A stretch of DNA of 64,000 bases from Eledone cirrhosa (GCA_964016885.1 OZ024743.1:55986001-56050000), one strand, 5' to 3'; shown: positions 1 to 12,600, counted from the stretch's first letter. Translations and numbers: made by a program. The notes: generated from the letters alone by a model not told the origin.

Positions 1-196
1 CCATTTTACTTTCACACTGATTATTACCAAATATTAAAAAAAAAGAAGATGAGACATATGTATGATAAATTTGGATACATTTTCATAATTCTCGCCATAA
101 CTACTTACTTTCGTGACTTCTGCAGACTTTCTCCTAAGTATTTACTACAAACACAAGCACACACAAACACAAGCACACATAAACACACACACGCGC

Positions 197-630
197 ATAC
201 ATACATACATACATACATACATACATACATACATACATACATACATACATACATACATGCATACATAATGCATACATGCATACACACATACATGCATACA
301 TACATACTACATACATACATGCATGCATACATACATACATGCATGCACGCATACATGATGCATACATACATGCATGCATACATGATGCATACATACATAC
401 ATACATACATACATACATACATACATACATACATACATGCATATATAATGCATACATGCATACATACATCCATACATACATGCATACATACATTCATGCA
501 TACATGATGCATACATACAAACATACATACATACATACATACATACATACATACATACATACATACATACATACATGATGCATACATGCATACATACGTA
601 CGTACATACATATATTTATACATACATATA
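197..630. repeat. (TACA)n microsatellite with TGCA variants
   Basis: Direct reading; source of the HTYI/MYVC ORF artefacts. Confidence 0.95.
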
Positions 631-814
631 TAGATGCATAAACATACACTACAGACTGGGTGAGCACACATACAACCGTTACACACATATAAACACACAC
701 TCACATACCAACCCAGCCGCACACACATCAATTTCAATCTATACATATATATTATACATATGCATAATTTGTGATTGATGAATGTGTAAGGAGATAGTAA
801 AAGCTGATATACAT

Positions 815-965
815 TAATCAATGGCACATAGATATCCTCCTTCTCTTGTATTTTTCTTACTACATTAACATGGAGTGGGCAGCTGACTTCTACAATAGGG
901 CTTCTTTAGAATCTGTGGTATCAAACAGCAAAATCTTTCCGGTTGTGTTTTGATATGACGGCAAT
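815..965 (-). mobile_element. Fragment of RLE-type (R4-clade-like) non-LTR retrotransposon
   Basis: Minus strand reads ...KHNRK...IVEVSCPLHVNVVRKIQEKEDIY, paralogous to the RLE C-terminus at 2567-3088. Confidence 0.7.
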
Positions 966-1494
966 ATGTATGTATGTAATGTATGTATGTATGAAATGTA
1001 TGTATGTAATGTATGTATGTATGTATGTATGTTTGTATGTATGTTTGTATGTATGAAATGTATGTATGTAATGTATGTATGTATGTTTGTATGTATGTAT
1101 GTGTGTATGTATGTTTGTATGTATGTATGTAATGTATGTATGTATGTATGTATGTATGTATGTATGTATGTATGTATGTATGTATATATGTGTATGTGTG
1201 TGTATGTATGTATGTATATATGTATGCGTGTTTGTATGTATGTAGGTATGTATATGTGTATGTATCTATGTATCTATGTATGCAAAGTATGTGCGTATGT
1301 GCGTATGTATGTCTTCATGTATGTATGCATCTATGTATGTATGTAATGTATGTAATGTATGTATCTATGTATGTATGTACGTATGTATGTGTGTATGTAT
1401 GTTTGTATGTATGTATGTATGTATGTATGTATGTATGTATGCACGTATGCATGTATGTATATATGCATGTATGTGTGTATGTATGAATGTATGT
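966..1494. repeat. (TATG)n microsatellite
   Basis: Direct reading. Confidence 0.95.
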
Positions 1495-2005
1495 CGGGTC
1501 ACTCTTGAATGCTACTGTTAAAATGTAACCCAATACAACCTGTCGCATGGTCAGGTTGTCGGCGACTAAACCGGCAACCCCACCAAGTTTACTTGGTTGT
1601 GAAGGGTGATTTTGGACACCCTGCAGGACAAAAAACAAAACCTGACAAAGGGCCTAAGAACTCAACGGCTATCCAAAAGTGTGTAAATATGTACCGCGCG
1701 GTTAAACCACTGGGAGTGAAGGACCCCTAGCCATTGTCAGGGCATTCTTCTAGGAGAAAGCAACTCAGGAAACTGGGATAACTCTGATATAAAACCTGCG
1801 GCTCAATAGTTACCGATGATGTTGATCTTTTCTTCTTTTCGGGTTATAGCTACTATCGTTCAGAGAGTGGGATTGGCTCAGTGCACAGTCTTTCCTCACT
1901 TTAAAAAATATTTTCATGCACAAGCATTGCACGATAGAATTAATTAATAATTATTAATAATGGTATATCGTGCAATGGCGATACTCAATAAGGAGGGGGC
2001 AGCCA
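1495..2005 (+). mobile_element. Non-coding interspersed repeat, probably RTE-derived non-autonomous element (copy 1)
   Basis: Colinear with 55824-56436. Contains TCTAGGAGAA(A/G)GCAACTC...TAAAACC, resembling RTE 5' UTRs; terminal hairpin CATTGCACGATA...TATCGTGCAATG. Confidence 0.6.
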
Positions 2006-2064
2006 TCATGTATGCATGTATATATGCATGCATGTATGTTTGTATGTATGCATACATGTATGTA

Positions 2065-2275
2065 TGTTCTTCTGGTTTTATAATTTTATAATTTTTTACT
2101 ATTAGAGAGAGAGTCAGTTTCTAACATGGATACAAGACTCTCTCATTGGAATTTACACAACATTAACTAGGTAGGTATGTCTGCATGTCTGCATGTTATT
2201 GTATGTGTGGACGTGTATGTTTTGAGTTATATGTGTGTATGCGTATATGCTTTGTATCTGTACATGTATTCATGG
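2065..2275 (-). mobile_element. 3' UTR fragment of RLE retrotransposon subfamily A
   Basis: Reverse complement matches 56785-56975 plus the AAACCAGAAGAAC end at about 57431-57442. Confidence 0.7.
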
Positions 2276-2409
2276 AGTTATTAGTGTATCTCTACATGTG
2301 TACACTGAGTTATTAGGATGTATGTATGTAAGCATGTATGTATTTATTTATTTATTTATTTATTTATTTATGTATTTATGTACGTATGAATAAATGCATA
2401 TATGTATGT

Positions 2410-3180
2410 TTCTCTTTCTCTCAATTTCGAGTACATTTTTGACCGGCCACCTTCCTGGTGGCAAGGGTGTAAAAGAAAAGAAATTGTTATCCCTTGAATC
2501 CCAAGAATGTTTTGCAAAAGTTCAGTCATTCTGTGGTCCAAGCAGGTTGATATGTAACCTGTAGCTCTAATAATGACGGGTATGAAGCTGAAGGTGTATC
2601 TTGGATACTGGATATGCAAATTCCTCATCAATATCGTCCTTCTCATGTATTTTTCTTATAACGTTGACATCAAGTGAGCAGCTGATCTCTACAACAGAGC
2701 ATATTTTCATTATGTGGTCCCAAACAATAATATCAGGCAGGTTGTGATTTAATTTGGTGGCAGTTTTTATTTTCAGGTTCCACCAGTATTCTTTAGTGCC
2801 TTCTATCTCAACATTTGTTTTTAATTTTGTTTTTAATTTTGTTTTTAATTTTGTTTTCCTAAATGCAATCCAGATGGTTCTAGCTATCATATCGTGTCTC
2901 ATAGGGAGGTAGTAACGAGACGACATTCTTTCATAGTTGGCAACAATGTGGCTAACATCTTCGATCTTTGTTTTACAAAGCCTACATTTATTGTCGACTG
3001 ATGGCCCTTCTCTTTTGTGTAGCAGATATTTGGTAGGGATTTCTTTATCCTGTATTGCATAGAGATATCCTGCAAAGTGGGATGTCATAAACTTGTCGGA
3101 ACGCCATGCCAGGTTTTTTTAATGATTTATCCCCTCCATGGTCTGTGTTTTTCGTCTCAGATACCAATGCACAACTTTCT
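2410..3180 (-). mobile_element. 5'-truncated RLE retrotransposon subfamily B (Zn knuckle + restriction-like endonuclease + 3' UTR)
   Basis: CRLCKTKIEDVSHIV, RHDMIARTIW, EYWWN...HNLPDIIVWD...VVEISC motifs; frameshifted. Confidence 0.85.
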
Positions 3181-4117
3181 ATCATTGGAATTTAAACAAT
3201 ATCAACTAGGTAGATATGTATCCATCTCTGCATGCAAGCATATGTGTGCAGGTATGTATGTTAATGTGCGCAAGTATGGATGTTATTGTATGTGTGGAGG
3301 TGTATTTTTTTAAGTATATGTGTGCATGTGTATATGCTTTGTATCTGTACAAGAGTATATGCTTTTAGTTATTAGATGCAGAATTTTTGGAATGTTTTAT
3401 ATATTTTTACTGTTACATTAATGGATTGTACTTGTAATTTTCTAACTAGTCGTGTTCTTTCCTTCTTTGTGAAGCCTAGCTTCTCAAGATTTGTACTGAG
3501 GCAGTTACTAACATATCCCACTGCCCCAATAATCACAGGTATAAATCTGAAGGTATAGTCATGGTGGAGTATCTGCAGATTTCTCATTAGTTCTGAATAG
3601 ATATTCTCCTTTTCACTGATCTTTAATATTATATTGACAACTGCTTCCACTACTGTGCATGCCTTCTTGGTTTGTTATGTTTGCATTTTATTGGGGTTTT
3701 GACTGAAACTTCCACCAGTACTCTTTCATATTATGTATATATATATATATATCTTCCACATTGCTGTAGCTTTTAATGTGTTTATTGTCGGGGCTATCTT
3801 TTCTACGGATTGCATTGCATAGTGTTTTGGCCACTACATCATGCCTCATAGGTAGAGAGTACATTGATGACATCTTCGGACAGCTGCTTATGACATGGGT
3901 GACATCCTCGATGTTAATTCTGCAGAGTCTGCACTTGTTGTCACATGTAGGTGTTTTGCCGGCATACCTATCTCTTTTGTGAATCAGGTATTTTGTGTTG
4001 ATTTTCTGTTCTTGGATTGCAAAAGCATATCCTTCAAAGTGGGAGCCAATATAGCGGCTGTTGGTCCAAGATGGACTACTTTGCTTATCTATATTACTCT
4101 CACTCTGGAGCTCTCTT
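3180..4117 (-). mobile_element. 5'-truncated RLE retrotransposon subfamily A
   Basis: RHDVVAKTL, EYWW, ENIYSELMRNLQILHHDYTFRFIPVIIGAVG...KTFQKF; 3' UTR at 3180-3371. Confidence 0.85.
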
Positions 4118-4209
4118 GTATGTATGTTTGTATGTATGTATGTATGTATGTATGTATGTATGTATGTATGTATGTATGTATGTATGCATGTAAGTATGTA
4201 TTTATGTGT

Positions 4210-4887
4210 GTATCTTCTCCTTAATTTCGAATTTATTTTGACTAGTGACCTTCCCGACGGGAAGGTTGTAAAGAAAAGGAAATTTCCGTCGTACCTCGTG
4301 TCATTGGTCAGTCTTTGAATCTTAAAAATGGTTTACAAATTTTTAGTATAGCAATTAAAAAGCAGCATTTTCCCCAAAAAATCCAAGTTAAGACATATTT
4401 TGGTCCAGAGATGTTGGTATATACGCTATAGCTCCAATAATAATTGTTTCTACTTTTGGCACAAGGCCAGCAATTATCACAGTGCATTACTGGTACTTCA
4501 TTTTATCGACCCCGTAAGGATGAAAGATAAACCTAACCTCGGGTTGATTTGAACTCAGAATGTAAAGGGCCATAACTCTATGCTGCAAAACATGGTGTCT
4601 GATGCTCTACCGATACTGCCAATCCACCGCCCTTATTGTAGCTGCAATAACCATAGGTATGAAACAATACCTGTGATTTGGGTATTGGACCTACACATCC
4701 CTTATCAGCGGTCCGTAGATATCCTACTTCTCTTGGTCCTTAGATATCATAATACTTACTGCATTAACATGGAGTGGGCAGTTGACTTCCTCAACAGAAT
4801 ATGTTTTCAATATGTGGCCCCAAACAACAATATCAGGTCGATAGTGTTTTAATTTAGCTGCAGTTAATATTTTTAGGTTCCATCAAT
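4210..4887 (-). mobile_element. RLE retrotransposon subfamily B fragment interrupted by a SINE
   Basis: 3' UTR similar to 2410-2500; the PDIVVWGH...VEEVNCPLHVN region lies at 4700-4887. Confidence 0.7.
4442..4631 (-). mobile_element. tRNA-derived SINE family 1
   Basis: Minus strand: box A TGGCAGTATCGG, box B GAGTTCAAATC, central TTTCATCCTTACGGGGTCGATAAAAT, tail GGCCTTGTGCCAAAAGTAGAAACAATT. Confidence 0.85.
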
Positions 4888-4971
4888 ATGTGTATGTATG
4901 TGTGTGTGTATGTGTGTGTGTACGTGTACTCTTCTATATACAATAGTAAATGATGATGATGATGATGATAA

Positions 4972-5558
4972 TAATTGTTTCTACTATTGGCACAAGGCCA
5001 GCAATTATCCCAGTACATTACTGGTACTTTATTTTATCGACCCCGTAAGGATGAAATGCAAAGCTAACCTTAGCGGGATTTAAACTCAGAACGTAAAGAG
5101 CCATAACTCTATGGTTAAAAGCATGACGTCCGACGATCTACCAATACTACCAATCCACCATCCAAATGATATTAATAATTGTTTCTACGTTTGGCACAAG
5201 GCCAGCAATTACCCAGTACATTACTGGTACTTTATTTTATCGACCCCGTAAGGATGAAAGGCAAAGTTAACTTCGGCGGGATTTGAACTCAGAATGGCAA
5301 GGGCCGTAACTCAATGCGTCAAAGCATGGCGTCCGACCCTCTACCGATAATGCCAATCCACCGCCCTTGATATTAATAATGATTTCTGATTTGGGCACAA
5401 GGCCAACAATTTTGGATGGAACGGAAAGTCGATTAAATCGACCTCAGTGTATTACTGGTGCTTTATTTTATCGACCCCGTAAGGATGATTTCAGAACATA
5501 AAGGGCCGTAACTCTATGCCACAAAGCATGGTGTTTCACACTCTACCGATACTGCCAA
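4972..5558 (-). mobile_element. Three head-to-tail family 1 SINEs
   Basis: Copies at about 4972-5162, 5177-5366 and 5380-5558 (long variant). Confidence 0.85.
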
Positions 5559-5785
5559 TAATAACAGAAATAGTAATAAAGGCAGCTTCAACCTTTTTAT
5601 TCTGAAGATCATGGCCACATTCGGCGTCATTTATTTGCCAATTGAATTATGGGTTATCAAATATACCGGAAATAGAGTCGACTAGATTAAGACACTCGTT
5701 TCCGGTTTTTTATCTGCAGTACTGATTTACGGCAGTTTCTATAGAGTTTCGTTTAGTAAACATCTGCAATATAAAAGAGGGTGCT

Positions 5786-6196
5786 GTATGTATGTATGTA
5801 TGTATGTATGTATGTATGTATGTATGTATGTATGTATGTATGTATGTATGTATGTGTGTGTGTGTGTCTGTGTGTGTGTGCACGCATGCGTATGTTTGTA
5901 TATGTGAATGTGTGTGTGTGTGTATATACATGTACGTATATGTGTGTATGATTGCTCACGTGAGAGCTGCTGTGTGTATTTGTATGTGTATGTGTACGTC
6001 TGTGTATGTGTATATGTGTACGTGTGTGTGCATGTTTACATATATATATGTGTGTGTGTCTGAGAGGGAGTGTGTGGTGTATGTGTGTATGTGTGTGCGT
6101 TTACATATATATATATACATATAAGTGTTTGAGTATGTATCTGGGAGTGAGTGTGAGTATGTGTGTGTACTTGTATGTACACCCCCCCCCCCCCCC

Positions 6197-6229
<33 letters not shown>

Positions 6230-7155
6230 GAATGACGTAAATTAAGAAAATTATAAAAATTAACTTACTTACTAAATATATATATATATATACCATATAT
6301 ATATAGGTGTATGAGTGTGCATCTGTGAGGAAGAGAGAGAGTGTGTGTATGTGTGTGTATATATACAGGTATATGTATATGTATGCATATATGTGCCTGT
6401 GTGTGCAGGTGTGTGCAGGTGTGTGCAGGTGTGTCTGATCACAAGGACTGAGTTATATATTGTTATTTTCTGTTAGTGCTAAGACAGAATATTCATAACA
6501 AATGTTCAACTACACACACACACACACACACATACATACATACATACATACATACATACATACATACATACATACATACATACATACACATATACATACA
6601 CACATACATACGCACACATGCACATACATGTACACACGTACATATACACGAACACACAAACACATACACGTACACACACATACACATGAACGTACACACG
6701 TACACATATACGTACACACACATACACGTACACACGTACATATACACGTACACATACATACGCATACACACGTACATATACACGTACACACACATACACA
6801 TATACGTACACACACGTACACACGTACATATACACGTACACACACGTACATATACACATACACACACAAACACAGACATGTACACACACATACACGTACA
6901 CATATGCGTACACACACAAATACACACACGTTTGTGGAGGTGTGTGAGTGTGTGTATGTGTGTGTGTGTTAATGTGTGCGTGAGTTAATGTGTGTGTGTG
7001 TGCTAATGTGCTTGTGTATTAATGTGTGTGAGCGTTCGTTAATGTGCTTGTTAATGTATGTATCAATGATTGTGTATGTATGTGTTAACGTGTGTGTTAA
7101 TGTGCGTGTGTATGTGTGCGTGCGTGTATGTGTGTATGCATATGCAGGTGTGTGT
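5786..7155. repeat. Compound (TATG)n/(TG)n/(CA)n/(TACACG)n simple repeats
   Basis: Direct reading. Confidence 0.9.
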
Positions 7156-7303
7156 AGATTTGGTCGGAGCAGCTCTGCGAATAATGACAGGAGAGATGTT
7201 GTAAGTAATGACAGTTGACTAAACCGCTACATGATTTACTGCAACTGTTTCAGTAGATTGTGACTCTTCAGTGTTTAGTATCACAAGAAGAGGCATAACT
7301 AAG

Positions 7304-8553
7304 GAAATAGCTCCTATGGCAGCAGTGAAATAGCACCAATGGCAGCAGTGAAATAACACCAATGGCAGCAGTGAAATAGCACCAATGGCAGCAGTGAAAT
7401 AACACCAATGGCAGCAGTGAAATAGCACCAATGGCAGCAGTGAAATAGCACCAATGGCAGCAGTGAAATAGCACCAATGGCAGCAGTGAAATAGCGCCTA
7501 TGGCAAGTAGTCAAATAGCGCCAATGGCAAGTAGTGAAATAACACCAATGGCAGCATTGAAATAGCACCAATGGCAAGTAGTGAAATAGCACCGATGGCA
7601 ACATTGAAATAGCACCAATGGCAAGTAGTGAAATAGTACCGATGGCAGCATTGAAATAGCACCAATGGCAAGTAGTGAAATAGCATCAATGGGAGCATTG
7701 AAATAGCGTCTACGGTAAGCAGTGAAATAGCACCAATGGCATCATTGAAATAGCACCAATGGCAAGTAGTGAAATAGCGCCAATGGCAAGTAGTGAAATA
7801 GCACCAATGGCATCATTGAAATAGCGCCAATGGCAAGTAGTGAAATAACGCCAATGGCATCATTGAAATAGCACCAATGGCAAGTAGTGAAATAGCACCG
7901 ATGGCAGCATTGAAATAGCGCCAATGGCAAGTAGTGAAATAGCACCAATGGCAGCATTGAAATAGCACCAATGGCAAGTAGTGAAATAGCGCCAATGGCA
8001 GCATTGAAATAGCACCAATGGCAGCATTGAAATAGCGCCTATGGTAAGCAGTGAAATAGCACCAATGGCAGCATTGAAATAGCACCAATTGCATCATTGA
8101 AATAGCACCAATGGCAAGTAGTGAAATAGCACCGATGGCAGCATTGAAATAGCACCAATGGCTGCATTGAAATAGCACCAATAGCAGCATTGAAATAGCA
8201 CCAATAGCAGCATTGAAATAGCACCAATGGCAGCATTGTAATAGCACCAATGGCAGCATTGAAATAGCATCAATGGCAAGTAGTGAAATAGCACCGATGG
8301 CACAATTGAAATAGCACCAATGGCAGCATTGAAATAGCACCAATGGCAAGTAGTGAAATAGCACCAATGGCAGCATTGAAATAGCACCGATGGCAGCATT
8401 GAAATAGCACCAATGGCAAGTAGTGAAATAGCACCAATGGCAGCATTGAAATAGCACCGATGGCAGCATTGAAATAGCACCAATGGCAAGTAGTGAAATA
8501 GCGCCAATGGCAAGAAGTGAAATAGCCCCAATGGCAAGTAGTGAAATAGCGCC
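7304..8553. repeat. 23/24-bp minisatellite GAAATAGCACCAATGGCA(GCAGT/GCATT/AGTAGT), about 50 copies
   Basis: Contiguous tandem units with no spacers. Confidence 0.95.
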
Positions 8554-8961
8554 CCTACCCAGCAGTGTATACTTGCCTATGGTCCTAATAATTTATATAA
8601 ATGGTTTAATAATCGAGCCACCATAGTGTTCTGACCCATGATAATCAGAGACAGATCATACATCTGAAGGAGTTTCTTTTTTCACTCTCCGAAGAGGCTT
8701 ATTTGACTTTAATAGAACGTGCTCCTAGTCCAAGTGGTGCCCCCTTCGTGTGGCGCCCATGGTAGGTGCCATGCTTGCCATACCCTAGTTACACCTCTGA
8801 TCACATGTATATGTATTGTACCTCCGTTGGCTGTGACGACGAGTCTTCTAGTTGCTGAAATAATTAACCAACCTACACGTGAAATTATCATGTAAGTGGC
8901 TAAGCATTCCACTTTCACACGTTACCTTATAATAGTTTTGATACAGATTCAGCGTGACACA

Positions 8962-9090
8962 GTGTACAACACATTGGATTACGTATATAGATCATTGAAT
9001 TACGTATACACCTCATTGAATTACATGTATAACACATTTAATTACGCGTACAACATATTTAATTACGTGTACAACACACTAAATGTACAA
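8962..9090. repeat. 21-bp tandem repeat (GTACAACACATTGAATTACGT-like), about 6 copies
   Basis: Direct reading. Confidence 0.75.
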
Positions 9091-9671
9091 CTCATTTTTT
9101 GTGAGCTGGGGGTATTGATCAACGAGAAATAAGGTGTTTTCATCTGAAAGATGGCGTAGGCATACAATACAACAGAAGGAAACATAATAGCACCATTGAC
9201 GGTGTTGCAGATGTGCAACGAAAGAACTTTGTTGGACTATATATATGTGTTTGTGTCTATATTATATCTGTATTTTAGACCGTTGGTCAGTCAATGGTAA
9301 CATTGAGGACCGAATAAATTAAATTAACCGATATAAAAGACACAGAAGCGAAAACCAACCAAACAGTGAGTGTGTTCTGTTATTAATTCTGGCAATATTA
9401 TTACACAAATATGACCCTCCCCAAGTATAACAATATTTGTTTCGACACACGATTTCATATCAAAAACCTCGCAAAACTATATATATATATATATATATAC
9501 ATGTATATAATATTAATTAGTATAATCGAAGTTGCAGCTGCAAGTAGCAGATAAGCCTCGATCATCGAGCACTGTCAAAAAGCACTCGATGATGAGTAAT
9601 TGATAAATTTCTCCTCAGAGTGAACACAGGAAAATACAGAAGTCCGTCATATATATATATTATATTATATA

Positions 9672-9820
9672 TGACGGACTTCTACCAAATTCCACTCACA
9701 AGACATAGTCAAACAGAGGTAGAGTAGATGACATTTGCCTAAGGTACCATGCAGCTGGACTAAGCACAAAACGAGTTGATTGCGATGCGAAACCCTTAAC
9801 CACAAGGCCATGACTGCACT
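9672..9820 (-). mobile_element. Decayed CORE-like tRNA SINE
   Basis: Minus strand TGGCCTTGTGGTTAAG box A and ACCTTAGGCAAATGTC core-like motif; related copy at 22555-22685. Confidence 0.6.
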
Positions 9821-10141
9821 AATAAGATATTTTTTCATTGAATTTGGTTTTATTTTCTTCATATAGGAACCTATATATTTTTAACCACCCTTCATACTCA
9901 CTCACCCTTTCTTTGTCCTTCCTTCCCTCGGTCTCTCCACACTATTCTCTCAAGGTCATCTTCTCTTTCCTTCCCACTTTCTTTCCTGTTCTCCTCCCCT
10001 TTCTCTCTCACTCTCTCTCCTTATTGCTACCGTTATTTCCTGTTTCTCACAAACTCTCCAATAAGAAATGCGATTATGCGCACAAGGTATGCTCACTTAG
10101 AAACCTCTCTTTCTATATGCGTATTGATACAATATATACAT

Positions 10142-10227
<86 letters not shown>

Positions 10228-10340
10228 ATACATTTATCGATATATAAATATATATATATGTATACATTTATAGATATATAAATATATATGTATATATGTA
10301 TATATATATATATTTATATATATATATATATATATATAAG

Positions 10341-10481
<141 letters not shown>

Positions 10482-10519
10482 GTGTATATGTGTGAGTATG
10501 TATATATATATATATATAT

Positions 10520-10552
<33 letters not shown>

Positions 10553-11031
10553 TATGGGTGGGAGTGGGTGTGTGTGTTTGTGTGTATAAAACATATACAT
10601 GCACAATTATGTATACATATAGTGTGCTCACTTAGAATAGTAAAAAATGTGGCGCTCTTCTCTATGTCTTCCAATGATGATGTCAAATATTATTAAGTAT
10701 CTGTGGGTTTAGTGACGTCTGTCTTTCTCTTGGATGTACTGATGATGGTCAGTGAGCAGAATCTGCTATCTTTTCCAAACAAACAAAGTCATGTCGAATC
10801 AGGGAAAAGATCCATTGATGATTTCCCTGACTGACAGACTGTAAAAACAAGCAACTTCTATTTTCCTTCGTTTTTTTTACCTAACGGCCATCTTAAATCT
10901 GACTTTTGATATACTACCACCATGTTTTATGGTGCTGGCTACCTAACAAAGAGAAACAAATAGAAACGGAAAAGAAAGCAAAACGATATATATATATATA
11001 CATATATATTATATATATATATATATATATT

Positions 11032-11067
<36 letters not shown>

Positions 11068-11098
11068 TGTGTGTGTGTGTATGTATGTGTGTATATAG

Positions 11099-11189
<91 letters not shown>

Positions 11190-11600
11190 TATGAATGAAT
11201 AAATCTATGTACAAATGTATGTACATATATATGTATGGATATTTATATGAGAGTGAGTGGGTAGATACATAGATGGTAAACAGAAGAAAAAAACAAGAAA
11301 TATGGATGAAACATCTTTCCAATATGGTGGTACGTCCTCTTACTTTTACAACATTGATCTGTCCTCTCTATTGAAGTCTATACACACGATGTGAGGTGGT
11401 GAGATGATAAACTCGTTCACACAAGTATGCATACACACGCGCATATATTCGCAGCCGCATTCATACACACATGCACACACACAAACACACACACATATAG
11501 TATATATATCCATATATATATTTTATTCACATATATATATATGTATGTGCGGTGTGTGTGTGTGTATGTATGTCTATATATATATGTGTGTGTGCATATA

Positions 11601-11752
11601 TAGGAAATGTAGTCAGGATCTCCACGGTGGAGCTCCGGGCCCTTTCGACAGCTTGATCCGAACTAACTCAGCAGTATACCCACTCTACTACTCTAAGTAT
11701 CGAGTACTCTGGTGCGTTATGGTCCACTTGGTTTCTTACCACACTTTCTTTG

Positions 11753-11755
<3 letters not shown>
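11601..11755. mobile_element. Family B hammerhead-associated mini-element (degenerate)
   Basis: Shares CCCACTCTACTAC...GAGTACTCTGGTGCGTTATGGTCCAC with 12415-12600, 16662-16840 and 27863-28045; flanked by (TA)n. Confidence 0.6.
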
Positions 11756-11790
<35 letters not shown>

Positions 11791-11794
11791 CACA

Positions 11795-11925
<131 letters not shown>

Positions 11926-12054
11926 GTTATATTTTATTTGTTGGGATACAACGTGCAAAATATTTTTTATAACTGATATAAAGCACTCAACAAATTATTG
12001 GAGTAAATATACAATATATTGAACAAATGGAAACTATATTTATAAAACCATATT

Positions 12055-12120
12055 TATTTCATTATACATATTTCAAGGGCCACCAGAGCAAACTATGGTG
12101 CGCTTTCATCAGATAAAATA
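12055..12120 (-). ncRNA. Minimal type I hammerhead ribozyme (family A)
   Basis: Minus strand: TATTTTAT-CTGATGA-AAGCGCACCA(loop)TGGTGGCCCTT-GAAA-TATGTA-TA-ATGAAATA. Confidence 0.8.
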
Positions 12121-12251
12121 TAATATAGGTTAGTTTATAAATAAATATTGACATTTCCTTAAAAAATGCAACCAATCTGGTTGGAATCTCCTGGAATGGT
12201 TGCATTTTTTAAGGGTATGTCAATATTTATTTATAAAACTAACCTATATTA

Positions 12252-12316
12252 TATTTTATCTGATGAAAGCCCACCATAGTTTGCTCTGGTGCCCTTGAAA
12301 TATGTATAATGAAATA
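12252..12316 (+). ncRNA. Minimal type I hammerhead ribozyme (family A)
   Basis: TATTTTAT-CTGATGA-AAGCCCACCA(TAGTTTGCTC)TGGTGCCCTT-GAAA-TATGTA-TA-ATGAAATA; predicted AUA cleavage after 12308. Confidence 0.8.
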
Positions 12317-12414
12317 AATATGATTTTATAAATATAGTTTCCATTTGTTAATATATTGTATATATATATATATGTATATGTATATATAATATAATATATA
12401 TATATATATATATA

Positions 12415-12600
12415 TATAACCAGATGGACCATAACGCACCAGAGTACTCAATACTTAGGGTAGTAGAGTGGGTAATAGGAAAATGTTTAACCCCGACTGC
12501 AGAGCTCAAGTCGATTCGATCGGCTATTTCTGGACTACCAGTCCAGAAATAGCCGTCGAAACGGCTTGAGCTCTGCCGTCGGGGTTAAACATTTTCCTAT
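12415..12600. mobile_element. Family B fold-back element with hammerhead 3' half
   Basis: Palindrome 12475-12600; right arm GTC-GAAA-CGGC(TTGAGCTCT)GCCG-TC-GGGG. Confidence 0.7.

Noticed and set aside
49-1521. [16 protein letters not shown] ORFs here and throughout the window
   Set aside because: Translations of microsatellites that lack stop codons.
4442-4631. tRNA genes
   Set aside because: The A/B boxes belong to SINE heads with extended spacing and SINE bodies; no cloverleaf.
7148-7206. Small host exons ending in GTAAGT (also near 8890)
   Set aside because: No recognisable protein and weak acceptors; not supportable without RNA data.
7304-8553. CRISPR-like look (GAAAT-containing 23-24-bp repeats)
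   Set aside because: No unique spacers, no cas genes, eukaryotic context.
11620-11680. Complete family B hammerhead (minus strand CTGCTGA...GAAA)
   Set aside because: CTCAGCAGT could equally be a remnant of the CTCAGCCGT arm; stems I and III are degenerate.
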